Shown here in pieces: positions 1 through 8,094 of a DNA stretch of 32,000 bases. Every line of letters starts with the position of its first letter. The first letter of the stretch is position 1. Source of the stretch: Pyrodictium abyssi (lineage in GTDB: Archaea > Thermoproteota > Thermoprotei_A > Sulfolobales > Pyrodictiaceae); contig NZ_AP028907.1 of assembly GCF_036323395.1 (NCBI RefSeq), positions 1,290,001-1,322,000 on the forward strand, in the 5' to 3' direction. A model generated the notes under the pieces. That model saw only the letters and a program-made list of their open reading frames with translations. It was not told the origin of the DNA and searched no databases. Made by a program: the position numbers and the translations under genes.

Positions 1-214
1 CTCGCCGCATACTCATATCGCTTATAGAGAAGGAGGTGCTCGAGCCGAGGCTCTAGCCCGCCGGGCACCCACGCCCCGGCCCCTCTTTCTCCACCGCTAC
101 CGCGTACACCCTCGGCTTGCTTGGTGTTGGCACTGGGCGTCCCGGGGGCGAGTAGGTTCGGGTGCGTGTAGCTAAGGCTATAGCTTAGCCGCCCCGTCTC
201 CCGGGGCTACTAGG

Positions 215-985
215 GTGTATCCCCCGCCCCTGTTCTCCCAGCAGCCCACCCGAGGGCAGCGAGACCAGAGCGCTGGGGCCATGATAGTGTTGAGGAGCCG
301 CCGGCTCGACGAGTACCTTAGAGAGCTAGGCGCCGCGGTTAGGAGCAAGCAGGTAGACGTCGAGGCGCTCGTGCGCCGCATAGTCGAGGAGGCTGTCCGG
401 GAGGCTGGCTGCGGCGCCAGCGGCTCCCTGGACCCGGGGCTGCTGGAGAGGCTTGAGCGGGTAGAGCAGCGGCTCGAGAGGATAGAGCGGAGGCTAGAGC
501 AGCTGGAGCGGCGCGGCGCCAGCCTCTCCAGGAGGGATGTCGACGAGCTGGCCCGCGCTATAGCCTCGGCCGTGGCGGCTGCTGTCAGGGCCCAGGCGGG
601 GCACCAGCGTGGCCAGAGGGATGAACCGCGGTGGCTACGCGCTATCGTGGAGCGGCTACGGGGCCGGGGCTACGTTGTGCTGCACGAGCTGCCGCCCGAC
701 GTGCGGGATGGCTTCGACCCGGAGGAGGCCAGGCGCCGGGGACTAGTAGTGGCCAGCCTCGGGGGCCAGACCGTGGTTATGACGAGGCAGGGGCTGCGAG
801 ACTTCATGGAGAAGCTGCGGGGGCTCCGGGCGAGCGACGAGTACGAGGCAGAGACCCAGCTGGGGCGCTACAAGCTGCTGTTCCGGCTCCTCCGGGAGGA
901 GGGCCTCGTCTACTACGCCGGGCCCAGCAGGGGCTGGGTGGTCCAGGGCCAGCTGGAGAAGCTAGCCCATGAACACCTTGTATAG
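215..985 (+). CDS. hypothetical protein with central Arg/Glu-rich coiled-coil segment
   Basis: 771-nt ORF. The GTG start lies about 35 nt downstream of a TATA-like palindrome, GCTAAGGCTATAGCTTAGC (171-189). An alternative in-frame ATG is at 281. It contains the heptad-like LERLERVEQRLERIERRLEQLERR. No family motif recognised. Confidence 0.5.
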   Translation: MYPPPLFSQQPTRGQRDQSAGAMIVLRSRRLDEYLRELGAAVRSKQVDVEALVRRIVEEAVREAGCGASGSLDPGLLERLERVEQRLERIERRLEQLERRGASLSRRDVDELARAIASAVAAAVRAQAGHQRGQRDEPRWLRAIVERLRGRGYVVLHELPPDVRDGFDPEEARRRGLVVASLGGQTVVMTRQGLRDFMEKLRGLRASDEYEAETQLGRYKLLFRLLREEGLVYYAGPSRGWVVQGQLEKLAHEHLV

Positions 986-1510
986 CAGGAGGCCTGCCAC
1001 TGTCTTGCCGTCGCGTATCTCGCCGCGCCTTATCATCTCCAGGGCCTCGTCTAGGGGGATCCAGAGGGTCTCTATCAGCTCGTCCTCCTCGGGCCGTGCC
1101 TCGGCCTCGCGTAGGTCGCCGGCCGCGTATATGTACATGACCTCGGTGGAAACGCCGGGGCTCGTGTAGAACCTGGCTAGCAGGCGGAGCCAGCCGGGCT
1201 CGTAGCCGGTCTCCTCGACCAGCTCCCTGCGCGCCGTCTCCTCCGGCTGCTCCCCGGGCTCGAGAGTGCCAGCTGGTATCTCGTAGAGCCACTCGCCCAC
1301 ACTAGGGCGGTACTGGCGCTCTAGCAGGACCCTCCCCGCCTCGTCCACGGCTACTACTGCTACCGCGCCTGGGTGGCGTAGCGTGTCGTAGACCTGCCTC
1401 CGGCCACGGATCAGCGCCTCTATCTGGCCGAGGGCGAAGCGCCGGCCGCGGCACAGCTCCCGGTACCCTAGGATACGTGGCTCAGCATCCACGCCGGGGC
1501 ACCCGCGCAC
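962..1510 (-). CDS. NUDIX hydrolase, ADP-ribose pyrophosphatase-like
   Basis: Nudix box GX5EX7REUXEEXGU is seen as GTLEPGEQPEETARRELVEETGY. The N-terminal part (GRRFALGQIEAL...HPGAVAVVAV) is typical of ADP-ribose pyrophosphatases. GTG start. The 3' end overlaps the convergent ORF by 24 nt. Confidence 0.88.
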   Translation of the reverse strand: MRGCPGVDAEPRILGYRELCRGRRFALGQIEALIRGRRQVYDTLRHPGAVAVVAVDEAGRVLLERQYRPSVGEWLYEIPAGTLEPGEQPEETARRELVEETGYEPGWLRLLARFYTSPGVSTEVMYIYAAGDLREAEARPEEDELIETLWIPLDEALEMIRRGEIRDGKTVAGLLLYKVFMG

Positions 1511-1567
1511 CCCGAGGAGGCCCTGGCGGCGTAGAAGAGGGTAGCGGGGCCCAAGGCCCCATTAGGA

Positions 1568-1578
1568 GGGTATATAGG
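1568..1578. promoter_or_regulatory. single TATA box (GGGTATATAGG) shared by the divergent NUDIX and pilin-like genes
   Basis: This is the only AT-rich element in the 106-nt divergent intergenic region. It lies about 41-46 nt upstream of GTG 1617 (+) and about 60 nt upstream of GTG 1510 (-). Archaeal TATA boxes are quasi-symmetric. Confidence 0.5.
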
Positions 1579-1616
1579 AGCATTATCTGCCTACTACATG
1601 TCATGGTGGCGCCCCT

Positions 1617-2411
1617 GTGAGGGGGCTCTCGCAGACCACAGCAGTAGCGCTCCTCACGCTGATAGCCGTAGTGTCGGCCGGGATACTCTACATGTGGTAC
1701 TCCGGCTTCACCGGCGGCAACGAGCCCAGCGCTTCTAGCGGCTTGGCCGCTTTGCGTATAGTGGCTGTCTCGCCGCTCTATAGCGGCAACAGCGAGTACT
1801 GCTACGGCGTATCCGTCGCCGTAGCCAATATAGGCGATGCTCCTGTCACGCTGGGCAACGTATCCAGCATCATACTGGGAGATGCTAGCGGCTCGACGGT
1901 GCCGTGCATAGGGCTCTGGGACGGCGATACCACGATACCCCCTGGCGAGATTGTAGAGTTGACGGCTCTGCCTATGGGGCAGCTGTCTAGCGCTAGGACC
2001 ATGCAGGTAAGAGTAGTGTCCACTGGCGGGGCTGAGGCCTCGTCGACGCTGCGCACGATGTGCGAGAGGGTGGCCCGCGGCTACGTGGTGCGCCTACCTG
2101 CCCTGGACGGGTACACTACCACGATAGACGCTGGCGGCGTGAACGTGACGCTGGCCGTAGAGCTGTACGACGCCACGTATAACACGTACAATGTGTCGTA
2201 CAGGGTGGATATGCCTGACGGTGTCAGGCTAGCCTACGCCAGGCTAGAGATACTGAACTCCACCGGCGGCCACCCCCGGTGGGCTGCCAACCCCGTCGTG
2301 GAGCACTACGACGTACCCGGGCCAAACTATGCGGCTAACTACTGGCTGCCGGTAGGCCGGGACGAGTTCCCGGTCACAGTGCTGGCGTCTCTCTACACCG
2401 AGCGGGGCTAG
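1617..2411 (+). CDS. archaeal type IV pilin-like protein (class III signal peptide), secreted/glycosylated
   Basis: The N-terminus MRG|LSQTTAVALLTLIAVVSAGILYMW matches the prepilin peptidase (PibD/FlaK) pattern: [KR]-G followed by a hydrophobic helix. Several N-x-S/T sequons are present (NVS, NVT, NVS, NST). GTG is the first in-frame start after a TAG at 1575. Confidence 0.65.
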   Translation: MRGLSQTTAVALLTLIAVVSAGILYMWYSGFTGGNEPSASSGLAALRIVAVSPLYSGNSEYCYGVSVAVANIGDAPVTLGNVSSIILGDASGSTVPCIGLWDGDTTIPPGEIVELTALPMGQLSSARTMQVRVVSTGGAEASSTLRTMCERVARGYVVRLPALDGYTTTIDAGGVNVTLAVELYDATYNTYNVSYRVDMPDGVRLAYARLEILNSTGGHPRWAANPVVEHYDVPGPNYAANYWLPVGRDEFPVTVLASLYTERG

Positions 2412-2500
2412 GCTACACGCCGACGGGGCACGCGCGCTAGACCCTACCACATAAAGGGGGCCTTATAGCTGCTTCACGGCCCCTGGGGCTGGCCGCGGCC

Positions 2501-3037
2501 TTGGCTAACCGGGTTCTCGTGCCCTTCCACCTTGCCAGGCTGGGTGACAGAGTAGTCGGCATGGACGCGTTCTTCTGGCCAAGCCTCGAGAAGAGGTACC
2601 GGGTTGTACTCCTAGTGCACCCTGCTGAGAGGCTCGGCGGCACGCCCGCCGGGGCCTGTATGCTCCCCGTACGCGTGTCAGCCGAGGAGCAGGTAGAAGA
2701 GGTGCGTAGCATAGCCCGCCGGAGGCCGGAGAAGCCGCGTATCCACCGGGCCCCTCTATGGCGGAGAATAGCCTGGCTCTTCATGCCTATGGGTGTGCTC
2801 CGCGACGGGCAGGAGGACATCCTCGAGCTCTCCGAGGAGCTGCAGGCTGTGGGCCTCGCTAGGGCGCTCCGCGGCCTTGAGCCGCTCGGCGAGACGCGCT
2901 ACGCCGTCTTCGAGCACGTGGAGGCCGAGCAGGGCGGACTACTCCTCCCCCTGGACGAGTCTATGAGGAGGATATACCTGGAGCTAGCGCGCCGCGACCA
3001 GGGCTACCAGCAGGCGCTAGAGGATGCCCGCTGCTAA
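2501..3037 (+). CDS. hypothetical protein
   Basis: 537-nt ORF with a TTG start about 36 nt downstream of a TATA-like CCTTATAGC (2461-2469). An internal ATG (MDAFF...) is an alternative start. Codon usage resembles its neighbours. No motif recognised. Confidence 0.45.
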   Translation: MANRVLVPFHLARLGDRVVGMDAFFWPSLEKRYRVVLLVHPAERLGGTPAGACMLPVRVSAEEQVEEVRSIARRRPEKPRIHRAPLWRRIAWLFMPMGVLRDGQEDILELSEELQAVGLARALRGLEPLGETRYAVFEHVEAEQGGLLLPLDESMRRIYLELARRDQGYQQALEDARC

Positions 3038-3316
3038 GCACCCGAGGGCAGGAGCGCTGGAACATAGTGGCGGGTCGGCCAGCAGCCCCTAGTCGTCACT
3101 AGCCCGGGGCCCGCAGCCCCCGGGGACCCGGCTGCGGAGCCCCTCCGCTTTGCTACATGTCCTCATACCCGCCACGGCGACGTGCAACGCGTCGCCGAAG
3201 CTATATCTCCTACGCCTGACCATCTACACCGGGCCATTGGGCTCTATTGCTGCTAATGACTCTCTCCGTCCAGCGCTAGTGTCATCACAACTACTGCCCT
3301 AGACCCTAGCCAAGGC

Positions 3317-3326
3317 CTTTATATAT
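3317..3326 (+). promoter_or_regulatory. TATA box (CTTTATATAT) upstream of the GH114-like gene
   Basis: A strong AT-rich box about 40 nt upstream of ATG 3363. It is followed by a second AT-rich stretch, TTCTTATACTATAC. This is consistent with a short-leader or leaderless transcript. Confidence 0.55.
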
Positions 3327-3362
3327 GCCGTTATTCTTATACTATACTACACGGGTGCTGTA

Positions 3363-4064
3363 ATGCACTATGCTAGAAGGCCTGGAGGCATGAGCAACTA
3401 CGTAATACCCGCCCTGCTAGCACTGCTCATACTCCTCATAGTCCTTGCCTCCCGGGCAGGCCTGCCTCGCACCCCTTCCATGACCACCACGGCTACCGCC
3501 GCCAACACTGCAACTGTCTATGAAACCACATCTGGTACAAGGACGACTCCGCAGGAGAAAACCGCGGCAAGGGCGCCGGGGGTTACAGAGACGCGGACTA
3601 TAGGAGCCATAGCCGCTGTAGCCGCTGCGACGGCCACAGAGACTACAGAGACTACTAATGCCTCCGTCTGGTGTAGTATCACTTGCTACTATCTAACAGG
3701 TATCGAGCCAGAGTCTCTACTAGCCAGGTACTGGGCTGCAGCAGTGATAGAGCCGGACGAGGCAGATGACACAGTTATAGCTGAGGCGAGGAAGCACAGC
3801 GGCCCCGTCCTAGCCTACTTGAACGCCGGGTACGCCGAGGAGTGGAGAGACTACTGGAACGCCATTCGAGACGAACCCTGGGTCCACGGCGCTACCGTGT
3901 ATGAGGGCGAGTACTACGTGGAGTACTGGCGCCCAGAGTGGAGGGAGACACTCATAGAGCTGGCGGAGAGGTACCTTGCTAGGGGCTTCCAGGGCGTCTA
4001 TCTGGACAACATAGATGCTGCTAAGCTGCTCGCCGAGAAACACCCTCCTGGGCCCAGGGGGTAG
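3363..4064 (+). CDS. N-terminal part of a membrane-anchored GH114-like (TM1410/endo-alpha-1,4-polygalactosaminidase family) glycoside hydrolase; frame broken at 4062
   Basis: N-terminal TM helix (VIPALLALLILLIVLA), then a Thr-rich linker, then TIM-barrel motifs typical of PF03537-like proteins (LAYLNAGYAEEWRDYW, GFQGVYLDNIDA). It stops right after the DNID motif. Alternative start ATG 3390. Confidence 0.6.
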   Translation: MHYARRPGGMSNYVIPALLALLILLIVLASRAGLPRTPSMTTTATAANTATVYETTSGTRTTPQEKTAARAPGVTETRTIGAIAAVAAATATETTETTNASVWCSITCYYLTGIEPESLLARYWAAAVIEPDEADDTVIAEARKHSGPVLAYLNAGYAEEWRDYWNAIRDEPWVHGATVYEGEYYVEYWRPEWRETLIELAERYLARGFQGVYLDNIDAAKLLAEKHPPGPRG

Positions 4065-4078
4065 ACCCGCGGGAGGCC

Positions 4079-4480
4079 ATGATAGACCTCGTCTGCGGCG
4101 TGTCCCACGCCGTGAAGACCCTGGACCCGGAAGCAAGGGTCTACATCAACATCGGCAGCGCCATGAACATGCTCTACGACGAGAGGCTCCTCAGCTGCAT
4201 AGACGGGGTCCTCCGGGAGGAGCTGTGGAGCCGCCTGGGCCCCTCGGGGCCCGAGCCCCAGGACCCCCGGGAGACCGTGGAGGCCCTAGACGCGCTCGTC
4301 TATGCCCATAGCCGCGGCAAGACTGTGCTCGTAGCCGACCCCGTCGCTGGCAGGGAGGAGGCTGAGGGCTTCTGCAGGAGGGCATGGAGCCATGGCTTCG
4401 TGCCTATCCCTCAGCCCGCGTGGGCTGCTGACTATAGCGTTCCGCCTCCGCGGGACTGGTGCCGCTGCAGCCAGGGATAG
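4079..4480 (+). CDS. C-terminal part of the same GH114-like hydrolase, in another frame
   Basis: This frame is open from 4025 and continues the family pattern (VYINIGSAMN..., VLREELW, AHSRGKTVLVAD). See the finding on the G5 run at 4057-4061. The two pieces are probably one gene, a pseudogene, or a sequencing error. Confidence 0.6.
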   Translation: MIDLVCGVSHAVKTLDPEARVYINIGSAMNMLYDERLLSCIDGVLREELWSRLGPSGPEPQDPRETVEALDALVYAHSRGKTVLVADPVAGREEAEGFCRRAWSHGFVPIPQPAWAADYSVPPPRDWCRCSQG

Positions 4481-4523
4481 GCGCCATGGGCTCTGGGCGT
4501 ATTTAGCCCCGGGTCTTGGCGCT

Positions 4524-5861
4524 ATGTGTCCCGGCGTGCCCGGGGGGAGGGTGGCGAGGACGAGTAGGGAGGGTAAGCTCAGCCTCTGGGAGGCTACAGC
4601 TATAGCCGTAGGCGTTATCATAGGCGCTAGTATCTTCTCCATACTGGGCGTCGGCGCAGAGATAGCGGGCAGGAACCTGCCGGTAGCTTTCATCCTAGCC
4701 TCTCTCGCCGCTAGCCTCGTGGCGTACTCCTACGCTAAGCTTGGTTCCAGGTTCGTCTCTAACGCTGGGCCTATAGAGTTCATCCTCAGGGGTATCGGCG
4801 ACAACATCGTGACCGGTGTGCTCGCGTTCATGCTCTGGTTCACCTACGTCGTGTCCATATCCTTGTTCGCCAAGACGTTCGCGGGCTACTTCCTAGCCCT
4901 AGTCGGAGCCGAGCTATCCCTGCTCAACACAGCCGCCGTGGAGGTGCTCGTCGTAGCCTTCTTCACCGCGCTGAACATCCGCGGCTCCAAGGCCGTGGGG
5001 AGGGCTGAGAGCCTCATAGTCGCCGCGAAGCTCGCAGTGCTAGGCGTCTTCGTGACCGCTGGCCTCTGGACTGTGAACCCGAGCTGGGTGGCGCCAGACC
5101 TCAGCCCGCGCCGCCTGGCGGGCGCCGTGTACGCTATGACGCTCTTCTTCCTTAGCTACACTGGCTTCGGCTTGGTGACCAACGCCTCGGAGGACGTTGA
5201 GGAGCCGGAGCGCAACGTGCCCCGCGCAATATACCTTAGCCTCGCGATAGCCACGCTAGTCTACGTCTCCATAGCCGTCGTGGCTGTGGGCAACCTGCCC
5301 GTAGAGAGGCTCGTAGAGGCCGAGGAGTACGCGCTAGCCGAGGCCGCTAGACCGTTCCTAGGCAGCCTAGGCTTCACTCTGGTCTCGCTTGGCGCTCTGC
5401 TCTCCACGAGCTCAGCTATCAACGCTACGCTCTACGGGGGCGCCAACATAGCCTACGCGCTAGCCAAGAAGGGTGAGCTGCCGGAGATCTTCGAGAGGAA
5501 GAAGTGGTTCGGCGAGCCAGAGGGCCTCTACCTGACAGCGCTCCTGGGGATGGCTTTCGCGCTCCTCCTGGACCTGGGCGGCGTGGCTGCCGTCTGCAGC
5601 GCCACGTTCATAGCCGTCTACCTGGCCGTGATAGTATCCCACTATAGGCTCGCAGACGAGACCCGGGGCAACAGGCTAGTCATAGCCGTCAGCTTCGTGG
5701 TGGTCCTGGCCATACTGGTGCTGCTCCTCTACTACCAGTGGCGCAGCAACCCCCGCGCGTTCTACACCATACTCCTAGTCTACGCCGCCGCCGTCCTCGT
5801 GGAGGCCGTGTACCGTAGGCTGTCTAGGCGTAGCTTCCGGAGGGCGCTACGCGCTGGCTAA
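4524..5861 (+). CDS. amino acid permease, APC superfamily
   Basis: About 12 predicted hydrophobic helices. The N-terminal signature KLSLWEATAIAVGVIIGASIFSILG is typical of APC transporters. The ORF is open from 4392, but that extension overlaps the upstream gene. ATG 4524 is chosen; GTG 4536 and 4551 are also possible. Confidence 0.8.
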   Translation: MCPGVPGGRVARTSREGKLSLWEATAIAVGVIIGASIFSILGVGAEIAGRNLPVAFILASLAASLVAYSYAKLGSRFVSNAGPIEFILRGIGDNIVTGVLAFMLWFTYVVSISLFAKTFAGYFLALVGAELSLLNTAAVEVLVVAFFTALNIRGSKAVGRAESLIVAAKLAVLGVFVTAGLWTVNPSWVAPDLSPRRLAGAVYAMTLFFLSYTGFGLVTNASEDVEEPERNVPRAIYLSLAIATLVYVSIAVVAVGNLPVERLVEAEEYALAEAARPFLGSLGFTLVSLGALLSTSSAINATLYGGANIAYALAKKGELPEIFERKKWFGEPEGLYLTALLGMAFALLLDLGGVAAVCSATFIAVYLAVIVSHYRLADETRGNRLVIAVSFVVVLAILVLLLYYQWRSNPRAFYTILLVYAAAVLVEAVYRRLSRRSFRRALRAG

Positions 5862-5951
5862 GCGTGGCCGGCTAGTCCACGCACATAGTAGGCCTCGGCT
5901 AGGATAAATACTGGACCCCTGGTCCAGGCCTTGCCGTGAGGTGGGCGAGCC

Positions 5952-7082
5952 GTGAGAAGAGCAGAGGCCATGGCCGTAGTAGCCGTGGCAGCCATCCTGG
6001 TGGCCGGATACCTGGCGGCAGACCGGGGAGGAGCACAGCCAGCCACAGCCACCGTGACCGTTAGAGCAGCCGTCACCTCCACAGTGACCACTACCACGGT
6101 TGAGACAGAGACCGCCACCGTGACGGCCACCGTCCCAGAGACGGTGACGACCACGGTCGTAGAGACCCATACGCGCATCGAGAAGCGGGTCGTCCTCGTC
6201 GACGCACTCGGCAGGACAGTGGAGCTAGAGAAGCCCGCCGAGCGGGTGGTGGCCCTAGCGCCGTCGATAACTGAGGATGCGTGCAGCCTAGGGCTCTGCA
6301 GCCGCCTAGTAGGCGTGGACAGCTTTTCCAAGAGCCTGCCAGGCGTCCCCAGCGAGGCCGCGGATGTCGGTGGCTACTGGCAGCCCAGTAGCGAGTCCAT
6401 CGCCGGGCTGAAGCCGGACCTCGTGCTGGCGTGCAGCGGCGTCCCCGCCCAGGAGCAGATGACCCGGCAGCTCGAGGGCCTCGGCGTCAAGGTGTTCTTC
6501 CTCCGCTGCGACAGGGCCCGCAGCCTGGACGACATCTACTGGGACCTACGCGCGGTAGCCGCCCTGCTAGGCGAGCCCCAGGCCGCCGACCGCGTCATAG
6601 AGTCGATGCGGGAGCGGATAGCCCTGCTCGAGAAGAGGCTAGCGAACACCACTAGGCCTAGCGTAGCGCTGCTGGTCTACCTTCAGGAGAACGGCGCCTG
6701 GGTAGCAGGCGGCGGCACGTTCCACGACACAGTGGTAGCGCTCGCCGGCGGCTCCAACGTGTTCCACAGCCTCTATGGCTGGCAGATGGTGGGCTACGAG
6801 GAGCTGGTCTCCCGGGACCCCGACTACATACTTGTGACCGGTATGACCCAGGCCGACTTCAACCGGACCATAGAGCTTATAGAGAAGACGCCGCTGCGCG
6901 AGGCCAAGGCGTTCCGGGAGGGCCACGTATGCGTCCTCTACGGCGCCGCTACAGACGCGCTCAACAGGCCCTCGCCGGGGATAGTGGACGCGGCCTACCT
7001 GCTAGCCTCGATACTCCACCCCGGCGCCGTTGAGCCGCCCGAGAGGCTAGCCGGCAACTATACCTGCCTCGGGCAGGGCTAG
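5952..7082 (+). CDS. ABC transporter substrate-binding protein, Fe-siderophore/cobalamin type (Peripla_BP_2-like), N-terminally anchored
   Basis: TM helix, then a Thr/Val-rich linker, then VVALAPSITEDACSLGL...LVGVD and KPDLVL motifs typical of BtuF/FhuD-class binding proteins. SD GAGGTGG lies 8 nt before GTG 5952. FecCD permease and ATPase genes follow. Confidence 0.8.
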   Translation: MRRAEAMAVVAVAAILVAGYLAADRGGAQPATATVTVRAAVTSTVTTTTVETETATVTATVPETVTTTVVETHTRIEKRVVLVDALGRTVELEKPAERVVALAPSITEDACSLGLCSRLVGVDSFSKSLPGVPSEAADVGGYWQPSSESIAGLKPDLVLACSGVPAQEQMTRQLEGLGVKVFFLRCDRARSLDDIYWDLRAVAALLGEPQAADRVIESMRERIALLEKRLANTTRPSVALLVYLQENGAWVAGGGTFHDTVVALAGGSNVFHSLYGWQMVGYEELVSRDPDYILVTGMTQADFNRTIELIEKTPLREAKAFREGHVCVLYGAATDALNRPSPGIVDAAYLLASILHPGAVEPPERLAGNYTCLGQG

Positions 7083-7117
7083 AGGGGCAGCGAGCACCAC
7101 TGGGGGCGCCCGGGGCC

Positions 7118-8092
7118 GTGCACACCCGGCGTGTTTTTACAGCGCTCGCGGGCACCATCCTCCTGCTCTTCCTCGTCAGCCTCGCCGTGGGCCCTGCTGG
7201 GCTCCGCAACCCCCTAGAGCCGGGGCACTGGGACCTAGTGCTCCGCCTTAGGCTGCTACGGAGCCTCCTCGCCCTGGGTGTCGGTGCCGCGCTAGGCGCC
7301 GCCGGCTCATTCATCCAGTACAGCGTCTCGAACCCGCTGGCGAGCCCCAGCATCCTAGGGGTAGCGCCGGGCGCGCTAGCAGCATCCGTGCTGGTTGTCC
7401 TAGCCTGGGGCGGCTCACCCCCGCTCGGAGCCCCCCTCCTCGCGGGGACACTGGGCGGGCTAGCAGCCTACCTGGCCTCGGCTGGCATAGCTGCGCGGCT
7501 CGGGTTCACCCGGGTAGGCCTAGTCCTGGCGGGCGTAGCCGTCTCTAGCACGCTCTCCGGGCTCTCGAGCCTCCTACTCCTTCTCGCCGAGGCGCGGCTC
7601 CGCATACCCGCCTCGCTGACCCTCCTCGGCAGCTTCGCCTACGCTACCCCCTCCAGCGTCTACATAGCATCGGCCGCCGCCGGGACAGGGCTGGTGGCCG
7701 GGCTGGTGCTCTCCCGCGGCCTCGACGCCGTCTCCTACGGCGACGAGGCGGCCGCCGCCATGGGGTATAGCCCCTCCCGTGTGCGGCTCGCAGCGAGCCT
7801 AGCCTCGGCCGCGCTGACATCTGTCTGCGTCTACGCCGCTGGCATAGTCGGGTTCGTGGGCCTCGTGGCCCCCAACGCCGCCCGGCTGCTCGTGGGCGGC
7901 CACCCCCGGGTCAGCCTGCCCGCCTCCCTGCTACTCGGCGCAGGCACCGCACTGGCCGCTGACCTGGCTGGTAGGCTTGCCGCGCTAGTCCTGGGGCTCG
8001 GCGAGGTGCCGGCGGGCCTCGTCACGAGCAGCGTCGGCGGCCTCTTCCTAGCCTACATGCTTCTCCGCGGGGCACTGGAGAGGGAGGCGTAG
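7118..8092 (+). CDS. ABC transporter permease, FecCD/BtuC family
   Basis: Polytopic Gly/Ala/Leu-rich membrane protein of 324 aa. Its size and pattern fit FecCD family permeases (…GVGAALGAAGSFIQ…, …VGGLFLAYMLLR). It lies between the binding-protein gene and the ATPase gene. Confidence 0.8.
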   Translation: MHTRRVFTALAGTILLLFLVSLAVGPAGLRNPLEPGHWDLVLRLRLLRSLLALGVGAALGAAGSFIQYSVSNPLASPSILGVAPGALAASVLVVLAWGGSPPLGAPLLAGTLGGLAAYLASAGIAARLGFTRVGLVLAGVAVSSTLSGLSSLLLLLAEARLRIPASLTLLGSFAYATPSSVYIASAAAGTGLVAGLVLSRGLDAVSYGDEAAAAMGYSPSRVRLAASLASAALTSVCVYAAGIVGFVGLVAPNAARLLVGGHPRVSLPASLLLGAGTALAADLAGRLAALVLGLGEVPAGLVTSSVGGLFLAYMLLRGALEREA

Positions 8093-8094
8093 GC

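Noticed and set aside
1-55. Possible 3' end of a + strand gene entering from the left (frame 3 reads ...RRILISLIEKEVLEPRL, stop TAG 53-55). Alternatively, a minus-strand ATG at 14-16 leaving the window.
   Set aside because: There are only 17 codons of evidence and two competing readings, which is too little to call.
1545-1560. The recurring motif GGCCCAAGG in three upstream regions (about 1548-1556, 11393-11401 and 19027-19035) as a possible shared operator.
   Set aside because: It is only 9 nt in very GC-rich DNA. Its position relative to the TATA boxes and starts is inconsistent. It cannot be separated from chance without genome-wide statistics.
3282-3288. Minus-strand GTGATGA (C-box consensus) in the long intergenic region. 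C-box-like ATGATAA and ATGATTA at 17572-17593.
   Set aside because: There are no properly spaced D', C' and D (CUGA) boxes and no terminal stem within 50-70 nt. The 17.57-kb copies are part of the 15-nt tandem repeat.
4043-4061. A bulge-helix-bulge mRNA intron as the explanation for the split GH114-like gene (and for the ATPase 5' end).
   Set aside because: The local structure is a simple 7-bp hairpin with a GGCC loop, not two 3-nt bulges around a 4-bp helix. A 1-nt indel in the G5 run explains the frames fully. The ATPase case offers at most 16 nt and no BHB.
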